Source of the DNA: an uncultured Gammaproteobacteria bacterium
GTDB lineage: Bacteria > Pseudomonadota > Gammaproteobacteria > JBBQDK01
Assembly: GCA_963778665.1 (NCBI GenBank)
Contig: CAVZVG010000003.1
Span: 463,766 to 527,765, forward strand
DNA: 64,000 nucleotides
Direction of reading: 5' to 3'
The translations under genes and the position numbers were made by a program. Of this stretch, positions 54,725-64,000 are shown piece by piece (position 1 is the first letter of the stretch; each line of letters starts with the position of its first letter). The notes below the pieces were generated by a model, which did no database searches, had not been told where the DNA came from, and saw only the letters and a list, made by a program, of their open reading frames with translations.

Positions 54725-57584
54725 GTGACTGACTACAAACACACCCTGAACCTGCCGCAGACGGATTTTCCGATGAAGGCCAATCTGTCGCAGCGCGAAC
54801 CGGCGGCGCTCGCGCATTGGCAGGCCATCGATCTGTATCGCAAGCTGCGCGAGCAAGGGCAGGGGCGGCCGCGCTTCGTTCTGCACGACGGGCCGCCGTA
54901 CGCGAATGGCGAGATCCACATCGGTCATGCGGTGAACAAGGTGCTCAAGGACATCATCGTCAAGAGCAAGACACTGTCCGGTTTCGACGCGCCTTACGTG
55001 CCCGGCTGGGACTGTCACGGACTGCCGATCGAGTTGATGGTCGAAAAGAAGGTCGGCAAGGCCGGTCACAAAGTGGACGCGCGCACTTTCCGCAAGGCCT
55101 GTCGCGATTATGCCGCCAAGCAGGTGCAGGGGCAGAGCACGGACTTCCAGCGTCTCGGCGTGTTCGGTGACTGGGCGCAGCCGTACCTGACCATGGATTT
55201 TCGTACCGAGGCCGACATCATCCGCGCGCTCGGGCGCATCCACGCCAATGGCTATCTGGTGAAAGGTTTCAAGCCGGTGCACTGGTGCACGGATTGCGGT
55301 TCGGCACTGGCCGAGGCCGAGGTCGAATACGAGGACAAGACTTCGCCGGCCATCGACGTGCGATTCGCGGTGCTCGACACGGCGGCGCTGCGCGAACGCT
55401 GCAAGGGTTTGCAGAACATCGATCAGGGCCTGCCCGTATCCGTCGTGATCTGGACCACCACGCCCTGGACGCTGCCGGCCAACCAGGCCGTGGCACTGAA
55501 TCCCGAATTCGATTATGCCGTGGTGGAATGCGATCTCGGCGGTCGGCATGAATGCCTGCTGATTGCGGAGGCGTTGCTCAAGGATGCCATGCTGCGCTAC
55601 GGCATCGAGCAGTATCACGTGATCGGTTACTGCAAAGGCGTGGAGCTGGAAGGTCTGAAGCTCAAGCATCCGTTCTATGACCGCGAAGTGCCCTTGATAC
55701 TCGGCGACCATGTGACGACCGAAGCCGGTACCGGCGCCGTGCACACCGCGCCGGGTCACGGCCAGGACGACTACGTGATCGGTACCCGCTACAACCTGCC
55801 GGTGCACAATCCGGTCGGCGGCGACGGACGTTTCCTGCCGGACACGGAGTTGTTCGCCGGCGAACCTGTGTTCACCGCCAACGATCATGTCATCGAGGTG
55901 CTCAAGGCGCGTGGCGCGCTGGTGCATGTCGCTGCGCTGCGCCACAGCTATCCGCATTGCTGGCGGCACAAAACGCCGATCATTTTCCGCGCCACACCGC
56001 AATGGTTCATCAGCATGGATCAAGGCGTGGAGGGTGGCCTGCGCGCCAAGGCGCTGGATGCCATACACGCGGTGCACTGGATGCCGGACTGGGGTCAGGC
56101 GCGTATCGAGGGCATGGTGCAGAACCGGCCCGACTGGTGCGTGTCGCGGCAGCGTACCTGGGGCGTGCCGATTCCGCTGTTCGTGCGCAAGGGCACGGGC
56201 GAACCGCATCCGCGCACGGCTGAACTGATCGAGCAGGTGGCACGGCGTGTCGAAGTCGAGGGCATCGATGCCTGGTTCGAGCTCGACGCCGAGGAATTGC
56301 TCGGCAGCGAGGTCGCCGATTACGACAAGACCAGCGACACGCTCGACGTCTGGTTCGATTCCGGTGTTACGCATGCCTCGGTGCTGGAACGTCGCGAAGA
56401 CCTGGCTTTCCCCGCCGATCTGTATCTGGAAGGTTCGGATCAGCATCGCGGCTGGTTCCAGTCGTCGTTGCTGTCGTCGGTGGCGATGCGCGGCAGCGCG
56501 CCCTACAAAGCCGTGCTCACCCATGGTTTCACCGTCGATGCGCAGGGCATGAAGATGTCGAAGTCGCGCGGCAATGTGGTGGCGCCGCAAAAGGTGGTCA
56601 ACAACCTCGGTGCCGATATTCTGCGCCTGTGGGTCGCGGCCACCGATTACCGCGGCGAGATGACCGTCTCCGATGAAATCCTCAAGCGCACCGCCGACGC
56701 CTATCGGCGCATCCGCAACACGGCGCGCTTCCTGCTCGCCAACCTGGCCGGTTTCGATCCCGTCGAGCACATCATCGATCCTGATCAAATGCTGGCGTTG
56801 GATCGCTGGGTCGTGGAGCGCGCGCGACAGTTGCAGGCCGAGATCATCACCGCGTACGACGCCTACGAATTCCACCTGATCTATCAGAAGGTGCACAACT
56901 TCTGCGCCGTCGATCTGGGCAGTTTCTATCTCGACATCATCAAGGACCGCCAGTACACCACGCAAAGCGACAGCGTGGCGCGGCGTTCCGCACAGACCGC
57001 CCTGTATCATGATCAGCGAGGCCATGGTGCGCTGGATCGCGCCGATTCTGTCGTTCACCGCCGAGGAAATCTGGCGCAATATTCCCGGCGAACACGGCGA
57101 ATCGGTGTTTCTGGAAACCTGGTTCGAGTTGCCGCCGATGTACCTGCCCGGCGATGCACAGTCAGAACAGTTGGGTCTGGCTTTCTGGACCAGGGCCATC
57201 GCGGTGCGCATCGCGGTCAGCAAGGAGCTGGAACGCCTGCGCGTGGTCGGCGGCATCGGTTCCGGACTGGATGCCGAGGTCGATCTGTATTGCGATCCCG
57301 AAACAGCGCAGGCGCTCGGTCGTCTCGAGGACGAATTGCGTTTCGTGCTGATCACCTCCTATGCGCGCGTACATGGCCTGGATGCACGCCCCGAGGGCGC
57401 CATGCGCGCCGACTGCGGTGAAGGTGTCGAGGTATGGATCAGGGCGGCGCCCTGCGCGCACGCCAAGTGCGTGCGCTGCTGGCATCACCGTGAGGATGTC
57501 GGCACGCATGCGGAGCATCCGGAATTGTGCGGACGCTGCGTGGAGAATGTCGCGGGGGCGGGTGAACAGCGGCGCTATGCGTGA
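54725..57584 (+). CDS. ileS: Isoleucine--tRNA ligase (frameshift near 57010)
   Basis: [20 protein letters not shown]-terminal KCVRCWH..LCGRC zinc finger. Confidence 0.98.
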
Positions 57585-57745
57585 GTCTTGTGGAATATGA
57601 AGCTATCCATCTCACGTCGAAGTAACGAAATCCATAGACTACCGCCACACTACTTCCTCTCCCTCCGGGAGAGGGTTGGGGTGAGGGGATTTCAATACCT
57701 CTCCGTCAATCCCTTTTCCGGCGTCATACTCAATAAGGTTTATCG

Positions 57746-58225
57746 ATGACCAAACCAACAAGCTCTTTACCCTGGCTGTGGCTGTCGGCTGTGGTCATCG
57801 CACTCGATCAGCTCAGCAAATGGCTGGCCGAAACGCAACTGGTACTGCAGCAGCCGCATGCCTTGCTACCGAGCCTGAACCTGACGCTGATGTACAACAC
57901 CGGTGCGGCCTTCAGTTTTCTCAGCGACGCCGGCGGTTGGCAACGCTGGCTGTTTACCGGCCTGGCGGTGGCAGTGAGTGTGGGGCTGGTGATATGGCTG
58001 GCGCGGCTACCGGCGCGGCAGCCTTGGGTCGCTGCGGCATTGGCCCTGATCCTGGGCGGTGCCGTCGGCAATGTCATCGACCGCATCCGCCTCGGCCATG
58101 TGATCGATTTCATTCAGGTGTACTACGGCGGCTGGTATTTCCCGGCCTTCAATGCGGCGGATTCGGCGATTACGCTGGGGGTGGGACTTCTGCTTTTTGA
58201 TGGCTTATTTAGACGCTCTGGTTAG
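57746..58225 (+). CDS. lspA: Lipoprotein signal peptidase
   Basis: [37 protein letters not shown]. Confidence 0.98.
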   Translation: MTKPTSSLPWLWLSAVVIALDQLSKWLAETQLVLQQPHALLPSLNLTLMYNTGAAFSFLSDAGGWQRWLFTGLAVAVSVGLVIWLARLPARQPWVAAALALILGGAVGNVIDRIRLGHVIDFIQVYYGGWYFPAFNAADSAITLGVGLLLFDGLFRRSG

Positions 58226-58237
58226 ACATCTGTGATG

Positions 58238-58681
58238 TCACCAGCAGGTGGTCGGTGCTGTGCCGGTAGCTCCGCGCACACCTGCCTGAGTGAGACTTAA
58301 TGTGGCGCATTTTGTGTCGTTCACCTGGTCACCTTTCGGTTGGGCCTGCAACGTATAAGTACTGGCAGCTGCAGCTGTTATTCGGAGATCATAATATTTA
58401 GTGGTGCCATCAATGGGTGCTTCGGTATGGGCGAAAACAGTCGCAGCTGGCGCTCCCGTATTGGCTCCACCCGCCGCAGCTCCGAGATAAGTATTATTCT
58501 GCGTGTAGAACCGTTCCATCGCACTTGCGAAACTCATCAGCGCACCTTTCGCATCGGCCCGCCGTGTCCTGAGCACCTGATCGCGATACGCGGGGTAGGC
58601 AACTGCCGCCAGGATCGCGACGATCGCCACCGTGATCATCAATTCAATAAGTGTAAAACCTTTTTGGCGTAGACGTATCAT
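58238..58681 (-). CDS. pilE: Type IV minor pilin PilE
   Basis: QKG|FTLIELMITVAIVAIL.AVAYPAY, RRADAK, C-terminal CATLSL..CW. Confidence 0.9.
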   Translation of the reverse strand: MIRLRQKGFTLIELMITVAIVAILAAVAYPAYRDQVLRTRRADAKGALMSFASAMERFYTQNNTYLGAAAGGANTGAPAATVFAHTEAPIDGTTKYYDLRITAAAASTYTLQAQPKGDQVNDTKCATLSLTQAGVRGATGTAPTTCW

Positions 58682-58721
58682 CGAGGGCTTCCTCTGGCGG
58701 ATTGCGGTGAGCTGACGTGCG

Positions 58722-59048
58722 TCAATCGGTCGTTATCCATATTTCTTGAATGACATCGAATCTGACGTCGCCTTTTTTCTCCGGTATCGACATGAAGCGA
58801 ATTTTCATGCCTTCGTGCACCATCTCTAAAGATACGTGCTTGCCATATGGGTCGTGAACCGCAAGGCCTGGCTCGAGTCGGTACGACTCTTTATCAACCG
58901 TCATCCTGTCTTGAGAGCTATCGAACTGGCGAACGATGCCTACGTGCCGACTGGCGTCAGTCTCTTGAGCGATGACAGGCAGGCTAGTGACAGAAAGGGC
59001 GGCAACCAATAATCCGCCATTTCGCAATATTGATTTCATCATCTGCAT
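58722..59048 (-). CDS. Small exported protein in the PilY2 position
   Basis: Signal-peptide-like N-terminus; lies between pilY1 and pilE. Confidence 0.6.
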   Translation of the reverse strand: MQMMKSILRNGGLLVAALSVTSLPVIAQETDASRHVGIVRQFDSSQDRMTVDKESYRLEPGLAVHDPYGKHVSLEMVHEGMKIRFMSIPEKKGDVRFDVIQEIWITTD

Positions 59049-59070
59049 TCTCCAAATAGTATGCGGTGCA

Positions 59071-62000
59071 TCACTTGAGCTGAATCCATGTTTGCCGCCC
59101 GGTGACTCTGACACCGGGGTGTTCCCGCGTCACATCGATGCCGACACCGGATAGAGATGTGCCGGATGAATATTTGTACTCTTTATCCTTAGCGGCGATG
59201 ATGCTGGGCGTGGCAGCGCCACCGACGTTGAGCAGTCTGCCACTGACAGGCAAAGTGACCTGTGTACCGCCGATGGTGACGGTGACATAATCCGCCGTGG
59301 TGAATGTGCCGTCATTATTCAGGTCAAAAGGTGAATACGCCAGGCGCGCACCAGTGGCGGCATCCATTTCCATCAGCCAACTGGAACCACCAGGGCTGCA
59401 TGGGTCGCTTGACGGGATGAGCGTGGTGAAGATGATATGGCCATTACGGAGCGTGGAGTCCGTGACCTGACGTTCACCCTGAAAGGTGCTGCTCGGTGGC
59501 TGCAGGAGGTCCATATACCAGCCTTTTTTCGTTGTCCAGTCAACGGTGTTATTCGATGTTACCCGTAATGGGTAATAAGCGTTGAGTTGTCGGACTGGTG
59601 ATATTGGTCGTTCCTTCCCAGTCGATTGTTTGCGGCTGCAGAGCGTTCCGTCCGGAGACGGTAACGCCATTGTCCCAAATGGCGTAGAACGACTGTTGGT
59701 CGAGGTGTTGATATTGCTGTCTGTCGTTTCAAGATATTTGCCAGTACCGAAATAGACCAGTACCCCACCGATGTTATTCGGGGCTGTATTGACGGTTGGT
59801 TTTGTGGTGATCGGCTGACGATTGCTGGTGGTGCAGGGGTCAGCCGTGACGCTGTGAACAGCGGTGCGGGAACCGATGCTGTCCCGTAGGCCACTTTCCA
59901 TTGCGCCGAGTTCGTGTTGCTTACATCGAATTTCCACATATTGCCTTGCAGGTCGCCGGCGTAAATCGCATCCACAATATTGTCACCATTAAGATCGACC
60001 GGGTCGACTGTGGCCAGCCCGTTCGGCGTGGTCGTGGAGCCAACCTTGGTATCGATCTTGATGTAATCCGTGCCGCTGGTCCATACGCCATCGCGCCCTT
60101 CATTGATAAATGCGATGTACAGTACCGCGCGTCCTGTGGTACTGGCATGGCCGTCGGCAGTCGTATTGTTATAGCCATTGCCGAACACCGCCGCCCACTT
60201 GCCGTTAGCCATGCGAACGATCGCAGGATGGCTGTAGGTGTAGCCGAGATCGGCATCAGTGGAATCAGTGAATTCCCACAACAACAGATTTGTCGGTGAG
60301 GCCTCGCTGAAGCTGGAAGGGTCGGTGACATCCAGGGCGTAGATGCCCGGTCCACCCTTGTCCAGTGATCCGACCAATATCGTGTGCCAGTCATTGTTGA
60401 AGAACGCATCACCGGCGGTGGCCGTTCCATCCACGTAGAACTTGTGAGTATAGGTCGTCGAGGTCAAAAGGCTCAGATTAGGGAAACACTGCTCGGTATA
60501 TAAGCCATGGTCTCTACGCCGTTTGGGCGTTGAAGCCATGCAGCATGCCATCGTTGGCGCCGACATACAGCATAGGCGTGCGAGCGCTCTTCGCAGTTTT
60601 GTAGGCTGAGTAAGCCGTTTCAGGCGCACCAGTTCCCCAGTTGTCCGGGTAACGGAACGGGGGGCTTGATACATACACGGGCGCAGAATCGACGATGTCA
60701 CCCAGCTTGGTCGATCGATTGCGGTAGAGCAAAGCTTCGTTTTGTTGTTCGAGGCTGCTATCACCGCGGATATAATTCAGAATGTTGACACTGCCGCCCA
60801 GCGCGGTCTTCTGAGCGGTGCTGAGGTTGGCCCATTCAAAGCCGATCCCAGCGGTTCCGGCGGCGTTGAGTGTGACGATAGTGCGGCTCGCTGCCGCGGG
60901 AATCTTGCTGCCGGCATCCCATTCAGACCCATCGGGTCCAGTGCCGTTCAGCAATAGTGCCCCGTAGTTTGGACTGGTTGTGTCGGTGTTGATCGGAAAC
61001 GACAACAATTGACCCGACCAGTCTGCGCTGTTGAATCGTCCTTGGTACACCCGTGCGCCGCTGCCGATCGATCCTGTGTTCAATGCGACGGACGCCGTGG
61101 AGCTGGTTTTGGTGATGATGTCTGAAATGGCCGATTGCAATGAGCTGGTCAGTTGCGCGGCGTTAGTGGCCTTGAAAGCCTTGCCGTGTCCGTAGTAGGC
61201 GGCATCGTTTAACATCTGATTTTCCGTTGAGAAGCCGACGGTACTAGGTCTACCATATTTTGCGTCGGGAACGCGGGGTCATTGTAGCTGACGCCTGAAG
61301 TATCATTACCGGTTTTCTTCATGTCGGTGTCATAGGCGAATTTGGCGATATCATCGAGATACAGCGTATAGCCTTCAGAGGATCTGCTGCCGGAGGGTCG
61401 GAAGCCGTCCGAGTATTGCGGGAAGATCGGATACATTGCCTGGGTTGTCGTTGGTGCAAGGCCATCCCAGTCGGGTAGCTTCCCGCTTGGGTCATCAGGA
61501 TCGTTTGACGGAAAGATATCGTCATATGTCGGCAGGCCATCGGTGACTGCAATGGTGAAATTTTTCTGGCAGCGGTATTGAATCGGGCTGGTGTAGTTCG
61601 TGTTGCTGTGGTAATAGCTGGAGTTGCCGCGAAAATAACGGGTGACTTCGTCGAGTGCTTCCGACAGCGGTGTGTTGGTTGAAGCGGAATAACCACTGAT
61701 GGCAGTCGTAATCGAAGCAGTGCTACTGCCACAGTTCGCGTCGATGGTCGCGCCATATGCATAGATTTTTGTTTGACGGCCCGTACGAAGCTTGATACGC
61801 CGAAACGCATACCGGGTGTATTGCTCACCAGGTTGGTCGCGACAGTGCGAGCGACATTGATGCGGTAGTCGTTGGGAATCGTGCCTGTTGTGAGGTTGGT
61901 ATTGTTGGCGTTGTTGGCAAATAAGTAGTTCAGGTAATTGCCGCTATAGCGAGTATTGCCGCCGCCGCGCGGATCCGGAAGTTTCAGGCATTTGGTGGTG

Positions 62001-62334
62001 CTAGCCACGCTTGCCCTGACCCCCATCCATTGGAACAATTGCCACGCGGCACGTCGGATATGAAAACGTTGCCGTCGGAACCGCTCCAGTAGCCATTGCT
62101 CCAATCGGGATAATCGATCGTGTCGTCATAGCCGTCCGCCCAGATGATGTTGTCCATGCTGCCCGAGGTATCGATCAACAGCATGACATTCGGCTGCACG
62201 CTGGAGGAGACCACCAGTGGGGTATCGGACAGCGCCAGTGATGCGGCAAATACCCTGTCGAATGAAACGAGCATCACGGAGCTGGTGAAAGTCAGAGTGA
62301 TTGCCAGAATTCTTGAGAAGCAGGTGCGGTTCAT
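59071..62334 (-). CDS. pilY1: Type IV pilus adhesin PilY1/PilC (multiple frameshifts)
   Basis: QPNVMLLIDTSGSM (vWA/MIDAS), LGDIVDSAP, YVGANDGMLHGF, YALDVTDP, AVFGNGYN, DLNGDNIVDAIYAGDLQGNMWKFD, GWYMDL spread over several frames. Confidence 0.9.
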
Positions 62335-62367
62335 GATGAGTTCCTCTTGTACAACTGTACCGATGGA

Positions 62368-62988
62368 TCAGTTGAAACGCTTCACGTAGGTGGTCTGCAG
62401 GATGACCTGGGTGGTGTCGGCCCCTCCCGTGCCACTGGCCGTGACACGGTAGATAGTCGCACCCGCCGGAATACCGTAGCCGACGTCTTTGTTGTCCGCG
62501 CGGTAGTCCATGTATTCCACTATGTAGTATGGATCGCTCTTGACCAGAGCCAGGTCTTTGGTGCCGCTAGCACCGTATTCGAGCCCGTGGCCGGCCCACC
62601 AGCCCTGATCTCGTCCGGACAGGCCGCTTATTGCTGACGAGTTTATCTGCCAGAAGTTGCAAGGAGCGCTGGAACAAGTGGCAGGTTCAGACGGCTGGGT
62701 CGATATCAAGTTTTGTTCGCCGTCGCGCAAGGCGGCTTCGGCCGCCTGGAATGCGAGATTTACATCGGCGGAATTACCTGCCATCTTTTCTTCGAGCGTA
62801 GTGGTATTCATTGCCGTCACACCGATCAGAGTCATGATCAATAAGATGATCATGCTGATGATCAGCACCGCGCCTGTTTGCCGTGCCAAACTGTGTGGCA
62901 AGCGCGTACGGCCCATAGGTCCACGGGCACAGCACCTGGTAAGGGAGGGAGGAAATAAGGTCGGGCGATGTTGAGCGGAGTTGTACAT
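62368..62988 (-). CDS. pilX: Type IV minor pilin PilX
   Basis: QTG|AVLIISMIILLIMTLIG, EKMAGN..LAFQAAEAALR, YRVTA.G.G..LQTTY; start uncertain. Confidence 0.88.
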   Translation of the reverse strand: MYNSAQHRPTLFPPSLTRCCARGPMGRTRLPHSLARQTGAVLIISMIILLIMTLIGVTAMNTTTLEEKMAGNSADVNLAFQAAEAALRDGEQNLISTQPSEPATCSSAPCNFWQINSSAISGLSGRDQGWWAGHGLEYGASGTKDLALVKSDPYYIVEYMDYRADNKDVGYGIPAGATIYRVTASGTGGADTTQVILQTTYVKRFN

Positions 62989-63003
62989 GATGGCGTCTCG
63001 GCG

Positions 63004-63992
63004 TTACGGTGTATTGTTGCGCAGGTTGATCACAGTGATGAATTCGTGGCGTAACAGGCGGTCGGTCGGGGTGGTGTTGCCGCCGGCATAGTTATATGCA
63101 ACCGGCGTTGGGCTGACGCCATCGACGCTGTTGACCAGTAAGTCGAGGCGCAGGCTGACGACATTATGCCAATTGGTAGCACTCACGCCGGCGGCGGTGA
63201 CATAGCTGTCTGCTGTTTGATTGTTGTCGGCGTCCAGGCCGTATGTTATTTGCATGTTTTCCACGCCTTCTACCAGTTCTTCCGTTGTGCCTGCCATTGT
63301 GGTTCGGAACAAGGCGGGGATCGCGGCTCCTTGGAGATTGATCCGGCCCGTGTTGCCGATAAAGAAAGTGGTCTGTGTGTACGTCATCAGCTGTGCGTTC
63401 AGTATTGTAGGCCGATAGAAACGAGGCGCTGGTATTCGATGTGGTGGCATGTGCGATGGTATAAGGACCACTACCGGTTATGCTGGATACCTTGAACATG
63501 TCGGCGGAATTGCAATCGGAGATGAGCAGGATACTACCGGCTGCAATATTGGTTGGATTGGATGCAACAACGATCGGTGCGGCTGTCGAGGCAAGCGCGG
63601 CAGTGAGGGTGGAGTTGGTCGCCACAGCCTCGCGAACTGCTATGACGTCCGTGCCGGCTATCACACTGATCCCACCATAGCTGGTTCCAGCTGTGATGTT
63701 ATCGAGACCGGTGATCGCGGTGTCGGAGTAAAGCTGGAGGGGTAGGCGTCGCGGTATTTCTGACCGCAAGATTACCGAGGTACATGCAGCCAGGGTAGCC
63801 TGCCATGCGCACACTTTGAGTGACCGTTCCCAGTGCGAAGCGGGCATTCTCCTGTAAGCGGGATAAGCCTTCCTGAACAGTGTAGGTGGTTTTGCTGCTG
63901 AGAAAAATCTGCAGTACGCCGGCCAGCAGGATCAGGCTCAGTGTGATGGCGATCATCATCTCGACCAGGGTGAAACCTTCCTGGTGCAACAA
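63004..63992 (-). CDS. pilW: Type IV minor pilin PilW (frameshifted; start may lie outside the window)
   Basis: QEG|FTLVEMMIAI.LSLILLAGV, LQENARFA, RMAGY.GC, ELVEGVENMQITYG, LRN. Confidence 0.88.
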
Positions 63993-64000
63993 TACGTGGC

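Overview
GC-rich gammaproteobacterial chromosome segment, probably a Chromatiales/Thiohalomonadales-like organism (inferred from gene order and protein style). It looks like an unpolished long-read assembly, because essential genes (ileS, obgE, rplU, rpmA, ispB) carry single-base frameshifts. The conserved backbone is hflC(3' end)-DUF2065-hisZ-purA-tRNA-Leu-rnr-rlmB, rpsF-rpsR-rplI-dnaB-alr, radA, CorC-family/ypjD, ffh-rpsP-rimM-trmD-rplS-ogt, then tRNA-Pro-ispB-rplU-rpmA-obgE-proB-rpsT-murJ-ribF-ileS-lspA and a convergent type IV minor-pilin locus (pilW/X/Y1/E). An accessory block at about 23.7-46.4 kb holds three modules: FadL-like porin/periplasmic protein/MCP/RND efflux; a six-gene catabolic operon (TIM-barrel, membrane di-iron 'desaturase', NitT/TauT-type ABC importer, Rieske oxygenase) behind a consensus sigma-54 promoter with tandem NtrC-like boxes; and a LysR-YceI-dioxygenase-esterase-MFS module. 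Best leads: (1) the apparently nitrogen-regulated oxygenase operon of unknown substrate; (2) many unrelated intergenic palindrome families, some packaged inside IS5-like terminal inverted repeats with CTAA target duplications, and one with an interior that is flipped between two copies; (3) an FHA-FHA-PilZ(MapZ-like) fusion near a class II cyclic-nucleotide phosphodiesterase. No CRISPR array, integrase or transposase was seen. Family assignments come from motif recognition by eye, not from database searches.
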